A DNA stretch of 64,000 nucleotides, from NCBI RefSeq assembly GCF_009914755.1, contig NC_060926.1. One strand, given 5' to 3'. Positions within the stretch are counted from its first letter, which is position 1. Each line of letters begins with the position of its first letter. The translations under genes and the position numbers were made by a program. This document shows positions 12,661 through 25,370 of this stretch, one piece after another. This DNA is from the human T2T-CHM13v2.0 reference genome, Homo sapiens. Below the pieces are notes generated by a model, which ran no database searches, had not been told where the DNA came from, and saw only the letters and a program-made list of their open reading frames with translations.

Positions 12661-13284
12661 ATTTCTAATAGGCATTTGTGGCAGTTTGTGCGTGCTTCCT
12701 TGATATATACTCATATAATTTGTAGAAATAGTGATTTATCTCTTTTCCAACCAGAGGCTCCTGAGCACTGAGGAGCCTGGCTGCCGTGGAGATCTCAGCT
12801 GAATACTGCAAAGCTGCTGCCATACCCACATGTGTGAACCTGAAGGCCCCGAGACTGGGGGAAGGAGGTGGTGTTACCAGAGCAGTATCACTGTTATCTG
12901 AAGCTTGGACACTGCTTTCCAGTTGCTGCCATAAATTATTTTTATTGTTTTTTAAAAATGAGACTTTAAGACACATATTGCTTCTCAAATAAGAGTCATT
13001 CGTAATCTTCACACTCAAGGCAGATCTCCACAGCTCCCTCCAAAATATGCTTCTACCAGAACCCTTTCTTGTTACCACCAAGTTCTTTTGCAGAAAATAG
13101 CAGAAAAGGACCTATTTCAAAGGCCATGGACAAAAAATTTTGAGCCACAGGGAAAAAAAAACAGAATACTTCATGCTATTATACCTATGAAGATACAGAA
13201 AGAGGCAAAAACTTAATATTGAACCATAACCTCAGACCTGACTCTGGCACAAACCTTTATAGGCAGACAAACCTGAGAGCAAAT

Positions 13285-13420
13285 ATTGGCTCTTTGTGAC
13301 TTACTAATTCTGACCTTGGGCAAGTCACTGAAACTCTCTGGGGCTCAGTTTCCCCATGAATCAATAGGGAATGTTATAAAGGCAAAATGGGTGATATAAA
13401 GCACTTGGTATGGTGCATAG
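13285..13420 (+). mobile_element. MIR
   Basis: tgaccttgggcaagtcactgaaactctctggggctcagtttcccc. Confidence 0.75.
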
Positions 13421-13429
13421 TGTTCCTTC

Positions 13430-13975
13430 CTTCTTTACTTCCTTCATTCATTTACTCACTCAACAAAATATCAAGTGTCTTGTATGCGTCATGCACTGTG
13501 CTGGGTACTGGGGATCCATTAATTAACTAGACAGACAAGGTCCCTGCCCTCAAGGAACTTAAGTCTAATGGGGGAGGCAGGCAAATAAGTAAATAAACAA
13601 ACGAAATCATTATAGACAGCACTGGGTGCTACTAAGGAAATGCACAGAGATGTGATGAAGAGCTACTGCCAGAATCACCATGCAGGGAAAACTTCTCTGA
13701 AATGGTGAAGCACATCTGAGACCCGAAGGACATGAATGAGTCAGCCACTGGAAAAACTGGGGAAAGAGCATTCCAGGCAGAAGGAGGAGCAAGTGCAAAG
13801 CCTAGAAGTTAGAGAAGGACATGATACATCTGGGAAAAAGAAAGGAGACCAGGGAACCGGAGCATAGAAAGTAAGGAAGAAAGACGTATGAGCTACAGAT
13901 GGAGTGGGAATGGGTGTTGCACCCGGCAGAGCTCTGCAGGGCAATGGAGAGCTTGGACTTTACTCTGAGAGTATG
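13430..13975 (-). mobile_element. LINE2 (L2a-type) 3' fragment
   Basis: cattcatttactcactcaacaaa tail, gcactgtgctgggtactgggga, gagcattccaggcagaagg. Confidence 0.8.
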
Positions 13976-15611
13976 TTACTATGTATGTTCTTGTAGCTGT
14001 TGATATGAGAGATGCAGTATTGGGTTTGCCATTTAAACCAGAAGCTTACACACATTTTTAACTATTTTCTTTGCAACAAAGTATATGACATAGATCTTAA
14101 CTTAGGAGGCTCATTTTAAGATTGCTAAGCATTTCTGTTCAATTCAGTGAATCTCCAAGGTCCACAACCAGACCTAACCCCATGCACAAAATAATGAAAA
14201 GCACTTTCTTCACCTACTATATGGGAGGCACTGAAATAAGAAAAGCCTGCACCAGTGGTCACTGCCTACAAGGAGCTGAGGTCCTTGAGCATCTTCTCCT
14301 TTGGGCACATTGCATCCCAGCCCTGCTAACTTCTGATTAAGAACCAGCTGTAGAAAGGAGGGCCAGGCTGGTGGGTAGGATAAGAGAAAGTGGCCTCCAG
14401 GTTTTGAAAAGACAGTGGTGGCCTGTGATCTGCTGCTTGACATAAAACTTCCACTGCCAAGAACCTTGGCCATGTCAGCCTGACCAGTAAGAATCATTTT
14501 ACAGAACCTATGTCACAGCTATCCAGGCTAAGCAATTCTTTCCATCATTTTTTAAAGCTAATTCATATCAAATGCGCAAATCTGTATTTTCACAAAAGGT
14601 GTTACAGTTATTTACTTGAGGTACTCTTGCATTGTTCTGCCTTGAAAATTGTTAGATACAAGAGGAAAAATAACTAAAAACAGCTTATTCCAGCATTAAC
14701 TCTTAGCTCTGCCAATGGAAGAAAGCCAATGTGGTATTTTTATAACCAAAGAAAACTGACTGTTGGTACAATTTCCAGTTTACATAACAGTAGCATTCCA
14801 AGAGCTTGTTTGTAAATCATTTGGTGAGATCTCAGAATCCACAGGAAACAGAATATTACAAAAAGTGGGTGAAAGAGCTGGAGCAGCTCATAAAAGCTGG
14901 TCTTACCTATTGCATACCTCACCTCTTAAACAGAGTGCTGCTAAATCTGCCATTCTTAACAATACCACCAGGGACAATGTTGGGCACAAATTTTCTGAGA
15001 ATATGGATTCCTTATGCTGTTCAAACCATCAGCCAGCAGGCTTGGGGCTCCCCCAGGGCCCTGCCTTTCCTGGCATGGGACTAGGGTGGCAGGTGGGAAA
15101 TAGGCTGCAGGAAGAGGAGGAGATGAGGTTGCAGAGGACCAGAGGTTTGAGGCACCAGTTTCAGATTAACAGAGAGTAAGGGCAACGGGGCTTGGGCTAA
15201 GGGTTTTGGAACAGGCTGGAGAGAAAAAAATCAAGACAAGGAATGAGTTTTTTCTTCTCTTTATCCCCTTTATCATCAAGTTAAGTGGAGGGGAGGGGAG
15301 GTAGAAGGGACCACCCATTTACTGACTGTAAAAGGTGGCAGGTGCAAAGGTGTGGTGGATGCTGCCCCTCCTCTCCTGGTTTTGTGTGTGGCAGTGAGAT
15401 CATGTCATACATATATGACAGCTTGCACAGATCTAGTTTGCATAAAAGTCCACACCTGCCAGTGTATAATGGCCAGTATTTGTTCTATATTATAGTTGAC
15501 AAATGCTTTCACATTCATTTGATCTTTACTGCCTTCAACAGACATGCAAAACCAGATTCGGTCTGTGTTAGAGTCAGGATTCAAGAGTCCTTCCCTCTTT
15601 TTCCCCTACAC

Positions 15612-15790
15612 TTGTGGTTTTCAACCCTGGCTGCATACTAGAATCTCTGGGGGAGGTTTTAAAAATTACTGATGCCTGGATGCCATCCCCAGGCCCTGTA
15701 AATTAGAATCTCTGGGGTGGGGCCAGGACACTAGTGTTTTTAAAACTCCCCAGGTAATTCTAACGTGCAGCCATAGTTGAGAACTCTAGT
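15612..15790. mobile_element. MER5-type hAT element
   Basis: gtggttttcaaccctggctgcatactagaatc...ccccaggtaattctaacgtgcagccatagttgagaac. Confidence 0.8.
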
Positions 15791-15796
15791 TCTACT

Positions 15797-16305
15797 CAAT
15801 GGTCCTCAAACTTACAGTGAATATGAATCACTAGGGGAGTTAAAAATGCAGATCCCCAGGCCCTACCTCTGAGATTTGCATTTGGCCTATGAAGCAGACA
15901 TTCCCATTGCTTACCAGTGTACACTCACCTCTATTTCTAGGTATATAGAGGCCTTCCCGGTCTCCTTGGAGCTAGGTATGGCCATATGAGTTGTTTCAGA
16001 GAATGAAATGTGAGCACTGACAAGTAACGCATAACTAGGCGGGAGTACCCAGCTTGCTGATGGATCCCACTTGCTGATATGGAGGTCTAACCTGAACTAT
16101 CAGTTTTCCTGGGGAGTATCCCAGGGCCCGCAGTGGACACAGAGTGACCGAGAGTTAAACCTGCTGTTAAGCCAGTGAAATTTTGTCACTGCAGCATAAC
16201 CTAACATCTCCTGACTGAACCTTTTAGTCTGGAGTAAATCTTAATTTTTACAAGCGTTCTGGGTGATTCTTATGCCAACAGCCTATGGTCCACACTTTTA
16301 GAAGT
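15797..16305. mobile_element. MER5-type element split by an MLT1 LTR (about 15888-16218)
   Basis: MER5 left half (aaaaatgcagatccccagg) and right half (ggtgattcttatgcc...ggtccacacttt) flank an MLT1-like segment ending gtcactgcagcataacctaacatctcctgactga. Confidence 0.6.
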
Positions 16306-16604
16306 AACCTCGATGCCATATTAACTTTCTGTACTTCGTTTCTTTATAAAGAAATAGGTGAGCTACAGAGAGCTAGTATTCACTTATTTACTCAACTTTT
16401 ATTTTGTATCTATTGTGTCAGACATTGCACTAGGGGTTCATCCGTATGCAGAGCATTTTCACAAGTACAGGGACATGAGAAAGCACTCAACAGCTGGCTG
16501 CAGCACAATATTGGGGTGAGACTGAGGAAGGATGACCCTGGGGCTGGCGTTTAGGGAGAAACCCAGGATTGAAGGAAAGGATGTGAGTGAAAACAAATGT
16601 GTCG

Positions 16605-16912
16605 CAAGGTTCTAAAACTGTGAAATAAACATAAGCCGCATAAGTAATTCTATATATTCTAGTAGCCACCTTTAGGATAAAAAGGTGAAATTGATTTGAA
16701 TAATGTATTTAATTTAACCAAATAAGGTCAAAATAGTGTTACTTCAATAAACAAGCAATACAAACATTTATCGATAAGATATTCAGTTTTAATGTACTAA
16801 GTCTTCACTATATGGTATATGGTATCTATTTTCAACACATCTCCATTGGAACTAGCCATGTGTCAAGCACTCCACAGCTGCATGTGGCTGCCATATTGGA
16901 CGATGCAGTTCT
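16605..16912. mobile_element. MER33/MER3-type hAT element
   Basis: ttctagtagccac...ctagccatg...catgtggctgccatattggac. Confidence 0.7.
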
Positions 16913-17519
16913 AGACAGAGCTGCCAGAGGCTTCTCGGGATATCCTCTTCAAGGAGGTACCACATGCAAGTGGCCTGGGCATCAGGAACTCTTTTACTTA
17001 AAAACAAAAATATTAACTGAGAATCCTCTCTGGTCCAGATTTTTAATAGTATCAGCCTTTGAACACCAATAAAAATACACTGATATTTTAAAATATTGGT
17101 ATCATCAAAGCTCTCTCCCCAAACAACATCCTGGTTCAGGGGCTACATTCACTCACAAAGTGATACTACTTAAGCAGAGTTTAAAAAAAAAAAAGTTAAC
17201 TTGTAGTCTTAATGGCAAAATGTACTTTTGGAGAATTCTTGTGGCTAAATGAGTTAGTACTACTTTTTTTCCAAGAGCAACTATTTGAATAGCCCTGTAG
17301 TACCAACACTCTACCAAGGTTGATCATTTTGACTTGAAACGTGACCAGTAGGGAGGAAGAACTGCTCAACTCAGCTCCTTCTCCCAGTGCAGTAAAACAG
17401 ACTGTCTGGTGCTACCTCCACTGTATCCTAAATCAAAGGGGCTCTCTCTCCTAGAAGAGCTGGCCCTGGGCACCCTTGCTCTGAGCCATTTGAGTTCTTT
17501 ATACAGGAACTCCTTGTGT

Positions 17520-17836
17520 AGGCTTCCATATAAGCCCCCTTATCAGATGGATGGCTTGCAAATATTTTCTCCCATTCCATAGGTTGTCTCTTCACACTGT
17601 TGATTGTTTCCTTGGCTGTGCAGAAGCATTTTAATTGGGTGTAATCCTTTTCTCTATTTTGTTTTTGTTGCCTGTGCTTTTAGGGCCATCTCCAAAAAAA
17701 AAAAAAAAATTGCAGAGACTGATGTTATGGAGCTCTTTCTCTGTTTTCTTCTAGTAGTTTCACAGTTTCAGATCTTACTTTTAAGTCTTCATCCATTTTG
17801 AGTCGATTTTTGTATTTGTTATGCGATGAGGGTCTT
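17520..17836 (-). mobile_element. L1M ORF2 fragment
   Basis: ccccttatcagatg...ttgcaaatattttctcccattccataggttgtctcttcac...gctgtgcagaagc. Confidence 0.85.
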
Positions 17837-17849
17837 AAGTACATGAACT

Positions 17850-17950
17850 CCTGCATATGTTAATTAGCTTGATTTAGCCATTCCCTAATGTATACTTATA
17901 TTGGAACATGTACACCACATATATTTTTTGGTCAAAAAAATTTTAAAGAA
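17850..17950 (+). mobile_element. L1MA-type extreme 3' end
   Basis: catatgttaattagcttgatttagccattcc followed by an A-rich tail. Confidence 0.7.
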
Positions 17951-19048
17951 AAAATTTTTAAAGTGCTCTTTGCTTGCAATTTTTTTTTTTTTTTTCTCCT
18001 CCAGGGAAACTTCTTCAGTGCCCTCAAGAGAGGACAGCCTGCATCCTTCCTAACACCATTTTGTTCACAAGTCTGGCAGACAGTCATTTAATTCAGGCAA
18101 TGGTTTGCAGTTCTATTTGTCACCTTCACCACTGAGAAGAACCCAAGGGCAATGACTGTCCTTGGTTCATCTCTGATGCCCAGTACAGCCCTCTGCAGTA
18201 AGCCCTCCTGCTCACTCACAAAAATGCTTAAACAAGAAAGAGAGAAAGTCAACTTAAATTGGGCCAAAGAGCCCTTCAGTATAATAATACCCTGTTACTC
18301 CAGGGTACCGAAGAACTCTCTTTTTCTTTTTTTGAGCAGGTATGATTTTCTTCCACGTTGTCCCCCAGATGGTAAAGAATTTAAACTCAAATAGCTCTAG
18401 TTCCCCAATTAGGTATACTCTCCATTTAATGAGCTAATTATTTTCCATCTTTATACATTTCTAACCTGTACTCTCACTTCAATTCTTACAGCATTAGCAT
18501 CAAAAGGGAAATTAGGCGCTAACTTTTCTCACATAAAGTGCTATGAATAGTCTCCATCTGTGATCATCACCTCTCCCTGAACCTTTCACACCAAAGGAGA
18601 GCAACCTGTTTGTATTTTAAAGAACAGTGTGAAAAGGGCTTCTGTGGAGCAAGCGAGCAAGTGAGAACATGACTTCCTCAAGCAAATGGTCCTGCCGTTT
18701 TCACCTCTGTGCTTGTGTGGCAGGTTCTGGGCACTTGCAGGGAGCTGAGACCTTCCTTTGCCTTCCTCTTCTGCCCTCCTGTGCCTCTGCTTCTCTGGCC
18801 TTCAGCCTTTCCACACAGCAGCCCTGGTGGTTCCCTCCAATTTATCGATGTTCCTCCTGAATCTTGTTGCTGGAATAGTGCAAAGCATTCCACGTCTCCC
18901 ATAAGTAAAGGAAAGCACCGAGGGGGTGTGTTTTCTCTGCTTTGGGTGCTGTAATTCTAAAAGTAAAGCTCAGTGTTTTGGCATCTACTGGAATAGCGGG
19001 TTCCATGACCCTACTTCCCAACAGCCAAAGTGTGGCTTCCTTTGATCT

Positions 19049-19341
19049 GTTTTTGTTTGTTTGTTTTTGTTTTTGTTTTTGAGATGGAGTCTCACTCTAT
19101 TGCCCAGGCTGGAGTGCAATGGCATGATCTAGGCTCACTGCAACCTTCGCTTCCCGGGTTCAAGTGGTTCTCATGCCTCAGCCTCCCGAGTAGCTGGGAT
19201 TACAGGTGTGAGTCACCATGCCTGGCTAAGACGGGATTTTACCATGTTGGCCAGGCTGGTCTTGAACTCCTGACCTCGAGTGATCTGCTACCTTGGCCTC
19301 CCAAAGTGCTGGGATTACAGGTGTGAGCCACCACACCCAGC
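19049..19341 (-). mobile_element. AluS lacking the central A-rich linker
   Basis: Antisense Alu; cctggctaa joins directly to gacgggattttacc; tgatctgtt TSD. Confidence 0.93.
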
Positions 19342-19704
19342 TGATCTGTTCTTTAAGTGTCAAAAATAACTCCTTAGTGTTGAGTTATGCGATTGATCCT
19401 GTCATGGCCCTTATGACTTTAAGCTCAAATCATGTCTCTGCCATCAATTGGCTCAGGCCATCTTGGTATTTCAGATACCATTTCTTACTTGAATGTTATT
19501 GCTTTCTGTCTTTGTAAATCTAAATGAAAAGAATTATAACAAATACTTACATAGGACTTACCTGTGTCCTATGTAAGCCTCGCCCTGTTCTAAGTGCTTT
19601 ACGTATATTCTCTCATTTCATTCTCACGGAGACCCTGTGGGGTAGGTTCTGCTGTTATCTCCACATTACAGATGGGGGACGGAGGCACAGAGTGGTTAAG
19701 AAAC

Positions 19705-20318
19705 GGAACTAGTTCAACCATTGTGGAAGTCAGTGTGGGAATTCCTCAGGGATCTAGAACTAGAAATACCATTTGACCCAGCCATCCCATTACTGGTTAT
19801 ATACACAAAGGATTATAAATCATGCTGCTATAAAGACACATGCACACGTATGTTTATTGCAGCACTATTCACAATAGCAAAGACTTGGAACCAACCCAAA
19901 TGTCCAACAATGATAGACTGGATTAAGAAGATGTGGCACATATACACCATGGAACACTGTGCAGCCATAAAAAATGATGAGTTCATGTCCTTTGTAGGGA
20001 CATGGATGAAGCTGGAAACCATCGTTCTCAGCAAACTATCACAAGGACAAAAAACCAAACACCGCATGTTCTCACTCATAGGTGGGAATTGAACAATGAG
20101 AACACATGGACACAGGAAGGGGAACATCACACACCGGGGCCTGTTGTGAGGTGGGGGGAGGGGGGAGGGATAGCATTAGGAGATATACCTAATGTAAATG
20201 ACGAGTTAATGGGTGCAGCACACCAACATGGCACATGAATACATATGTAACAAACCTGCACGTTGCGCACATGTACCCTAAAACCTAAAGTATAATAATA
20301 ATAATAAAAAAAAAAAAA
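19705..20318 (+). mobile_element. L1PA (about PA4-PA5) 5'-truncated 3' end
   Basis: ORF2 C-terminus, 3' UTR with G-rich tract, poly(A) tail and aagaaac TSD (19698-19704 / 20317-20323). Confidence 0.95.
19721..20092 (+). pseudogene. L1 ORF2p C-terminal fragment (123 codons, open)
   Basis: LELEIPFDPAIPLL...CTRMFIAALFTIAKTWNQPKCP...HRMFSLIGGN* is the ORF2p C-terminus; no EN or RT domain and no promoter. Confidence 0.9.
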
Positions 20319-20854
20319 GAAACTTGCCTAAGGTCATAGTCCCCAGGGGGCACAGTTAAGCTTTAAATCTAGGTCATCTGGCTCCTGACTTTAACCACCG
20401 TGCTATCAAATACTTACAGTTTTTATTTGTAGGCAACTTTTCATCAAGCCAAATTTAAATAATAAAAAGGCATGATTTCCTCACATGTTAATGAGAAGCG
20501 GAAATCAAGCGATCCATTTGCTCTGACCTAGAGGCCCCGTCCTTGGACATACACCCAAGGTGGCTAGCAGATGGTGAGCTCTGTGCACAGAATCAAGCTA
20601 AGGAGAGGGAAGACTGCGTTTTCATCCCCACTGACTTTGTGACTTTGGAGTCTGACAGGTTCAATCCCCTGTGCTTCATAAGCCTACTGACACAGTCATC
20701 TTCAGTCAATTCACGAAAAGACTCTTTTAGGAAACATCTATTTGTGACCAGGTTTGTGCAAAAACATTTACAATAATAAGAACCTAGACACCACAGAACA
20801 AAGTCCATCACAGGAAACAAGTCAGTGTTTGTTGAGTGGAAGAAAATGTATACA

Positions 20855-21278
<424 letters not shown>

Positions 21279-21569
21279 TTATATATACATACATGCATAT
21301 ACTCACATGTGCATTGGTATATATGTATACATGTGCACATTCACACATATAGTTATACACACACATACCTGGCTTTAAGCTGTATGTCTAAATTTTAATG
21401 AAATGAAGGGTTAAAAACCCAAGAAAGTGGTTTCCAATCTGTCTTGGGGAAGGGGAAGAAAAAGAGTCACACAGTTATTTAATGCAAAGTGTTTGTAAAT
21501 CTCCCCTCAAATAACACCTGTGGTCTGAGTGAGATGTATGTGTATCTGTGTGTGTGTATGTTTTTGAAG

Positions 21570-21812
21570 CATAGTGGTGAAGTGCTTAGAATTCTGCAGC
21601 CAGTTACCTGGGTTTAAATCCCAGCTCTGCCACTTTCTAACTAGGTGACCTTGGGCAAGTTACTTAACTTCTCTGTGCCTCAATTTTGCCAACTGTAAAA
21701 TGGAGCTAATAGTAGTACCTTCTTCTTAGAGTTGTTGTAGAAATAAATAAAGCTAAATGGAGCAGCACCCAGCATATAGGGAGTACTCTATAAGTGTTAG
21801 TTCATATTATTA
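21570..21812 (+). mobile_element. MIR, near full length, probably inside a hAT-Charlie remnant (about 21427-22015)
   Basis: gcatagtggt...cctgggtttaaatcccagctctgccact...gtgaccttgggcaagttacttaac; flanks gtggtttccaa / aaaaaggttgggaagcactg. Confidence 0.85.
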
Positions 21813-23124
21813 TGTAAATTCTATTGTGATTGATAAAATACAAATTCATTTTAAAGTGTCACTGAGTTCTCATAGCAGCTTTTGACCATTATGTTTATTA
21901 ACTCATTTAATATAATTTACGTTAATAATAAAGGCACAACTACTCTCTGTGGGGTCTCACACAATTTTGATGTTAAAAATGGATCTTTATTCTGAAAAAG
22001 GTTGGGAAGCACTGGTCAAGGGCTGAATCCCTGGGAAATTGCCCACAATGGCAACTGCAATCTGGTTATCATTTGGTCAGGGGTGCATCTAGGTTTCTAG
22101 AGCCTGTCACTGTGCTGGGCTGTTTCTTTAACAGGATATCAGATATAGAGGCTCCTGTGGACTGTTAGGTGATTAATCGTATTTCTATTTTTCATATCTA
22201 AGAGCACCAGGAAGATGCATTTGTGGCAGATTTCATAGCAATACCCGACAAGTTTCACTTTCAAGATCTTAAAGATACCTTTCTGGACCTACTGTGCAAG
22301 GCAAGGAGACATGCTCATTAAATCCAAGCCCCCAAAAGTCAAAACGAAAAAAGACCCTAAAAGAGGGATTCCTCCTGAAGCTGCTAAGTGACAACTAGGA
22401 AGGAAAAAAAAAACAAAAAACTTTCTCCTTTTGAGCCCCCACTACATTGTGAATAGAACTGAGGCCCTCCATTCTGCTTCATCTAATCCATTTTCTCCTG
22501 TGTTTTGGTATTTAAGAAACATTTTAGTCAATGCAACCTGGTGATAAAATGGCCAGATGTGTGAAATCACTTTCCATTACACATTCTGATAACGTAATTG
22601 GGCCGTAACTTTCAAGACAGGAAACGAGGAAAGGAGATTCTGAACAAATCCATAAAGCAAACAGTGGGAGAGCCTGCTTGTGGGGACATCTGAGCCTCAC
22701 TGGATTAAAATAGCTGCAGGTCTCTTCATCAGTAAATAACCAGATGCTCCAGGTCAATCTCTGAACTCAGAAGCCAGGAGTTTGGGCTTGCACAGCCAGA
22801 AAACAGAGCTGATGTTTCACCAGAAAGCCACCGTGTTCATCATTTCATCACAGTAAGGCCAATGAGAGAGAAGACGTTTGAGGTTTGAGGTGGCCCAAGT
22901 TCTGAGGTTTTTGACTTTTCTTTACCAAAGTCCTGGGTGAATACTAGAAAGTCAGTCCTGGGTCACACACATTTCACAGACTCCCAGTGACCAGCACTGT
23001 CCGGCCGAGGTAAAGCAAGAACTTGGGGGATGGAGAAGTGCTGTCACCTTCTGGTGAGAGTATCTCAGCCTACAAGGGCAGTACATTCAGCCTCATCTTC
23101 CCATCCAACTGTAATAAAATGTGG

Positions 23125-23235
23125 TTGATGACTAAAAATGCAGATTTCTGGATCGCATGCTGTAAGGGCCTAGGAATCTGCATTTCAACAGAGTCAGCAG
23201 GATGACTGTTACGCACACTGAAATGTAAGACCACT
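23125..23235. mobile_element. MER5A fragment
   Basis: aaatgcagatttctgg...aggaatctgcatttcaaca. Confidence 0.65.
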
Positions 23236-23344
23236 ACCATAGGACTTAACTCCAGGTGGCAAAAAGTAACCATAAAGATACAGCTTTGCTTCACACTGTA
23301 TGCATCACCAGTAATGATAAAAAGGGTAGTAACAGCAGCAGCAG

Positions 23345-23585
23345 CAGCTAACACTTAGAGTAGCTGCCGTGTATACAAACAGTTGCAAGTGCTTTATAGT
23401 CAACTCTTAATTGTCACATCAACCCTATGATAGGTACTATTATTATCCCCATTCTACAGGCAAGGAAGCCAGGCACAGAGAGGTTAAGTATCTTGCCCAA
23501 GGTCTCACAGCTAGTAGGTGGCAGAGGTGGAATTTGAACTTGGACTGTCTGGTTTCAGAGTCTTCACATTTGAGAGACTGACCAT
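23345..23585 (-). mobile_element. MIR
   Basis: aggtactattattatccccattctacaggcaaggaagccaggcacagagaggttaagtatcttgcccaaggtc. Confidence 0.85.
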
Positions 23586-24499
23586 AGACCTGGATGCCCA
23601 GAAAGACCCAACCTCTCTGTTGAAACCTGGAAGTGTTAAGTACTTGAAATTTCTGCAAAGTGGGTCAATATTTAGGAGTCACAGGCACTGAAGAAGAGTT
23701 TGGATGAATATTCCCAGACTTCTGAGGCAAAGTGGCAAATGCTGGGGACAACTCATCCAGACAGCAAAGGTCCTGTGAGTGCTGCTGTGCAGGGGAGTGA
23801 GGCCTGGGAGCCAAGCTACAAAAATGGGTGTCCCTCATGCAAGGCGCCACTGTTTCCCCATGCTCTAGAAACAGCCGTACTGCCTGAGCCTCGGAGCCTC
23901 GGCAGGTGCAGTCACTGGACTGCAAGGCCGAGGCAGCCTGCACTCAGTGCACACTGGCCAACAGACCTGCAGGGCAGCCACTGCCTCTTCTTTCTAGACA
24001 CTGGAAAAACAGGAAAGCACAATGCAAATGAAATTCACATATAGTCTCATTAACCAGAGATCATTAATGTGAACACTATATGCCCTGTATTTTTGCATCT
24101 GTGTATATAGTTTATAAGTTCGAGTTACATCATCCAATTTTATATACTACTTTTTCTATGTATATATCATGTGTATTTTCCCAATCTTTAAACATTCCTC
24201 ATCAACATGATTTTAAAGGGCTACATAGTAGCCTATCTGTCTACCTGTTCCATAACTATTTTCCTCTTGTTGACATTGGCTACTTTTCACTCTACTGGAT
24301 AATAACCTAACATCTGATTGTTCTGTAAAACAGATCCCTAAGTACGATAGTTGGGTCACAGGGCATATACAATTTTTAAGTTTTCACTTACTAATACTAA
24401 GGAATTCGGTTCGCTATTAATGTTAAGCTATTTCTCAGGAGGTTATGTCCATATTCACATCCATTAGTTTTGTCATTTGCCTTGCCTCTTTTGAAGATG

Positions 24500-25370
<871 letters not shown>

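Larger units (their letters stand above)
19530..20405 (-). mobile_element. MIR split by the L1PA insertion
   Basis: ggaggcacagagtggttaagaaac before the L1 continues as ttgcctaaggtcatag after it. Confidence 0.75.

Noticed and set aside
12755-12778. 8-bp-stem hairpin aggctcct/aggagcct after an acceptor-like tract
   Set aside because: Stem too short to exceed chance, and all three frames stop soon after
14806-15084. ORF containing the helical-looking QETEYYKKWVKELEQLIKAG
   Set aside because: Non-ATG start, no convincing splice sites and no recognisable homolog
19721-20092. Open 123-codon ORF as a possible functional gene
   Set aside because: L1 ORF2p C-terminus in a fairly young truncated L1; an open frame is expected from low divergence
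23128-23186. Inverted repeat aaatgcagatt...aatctgcattt
   Set aside because: Explained by the internal palindrome of MER5
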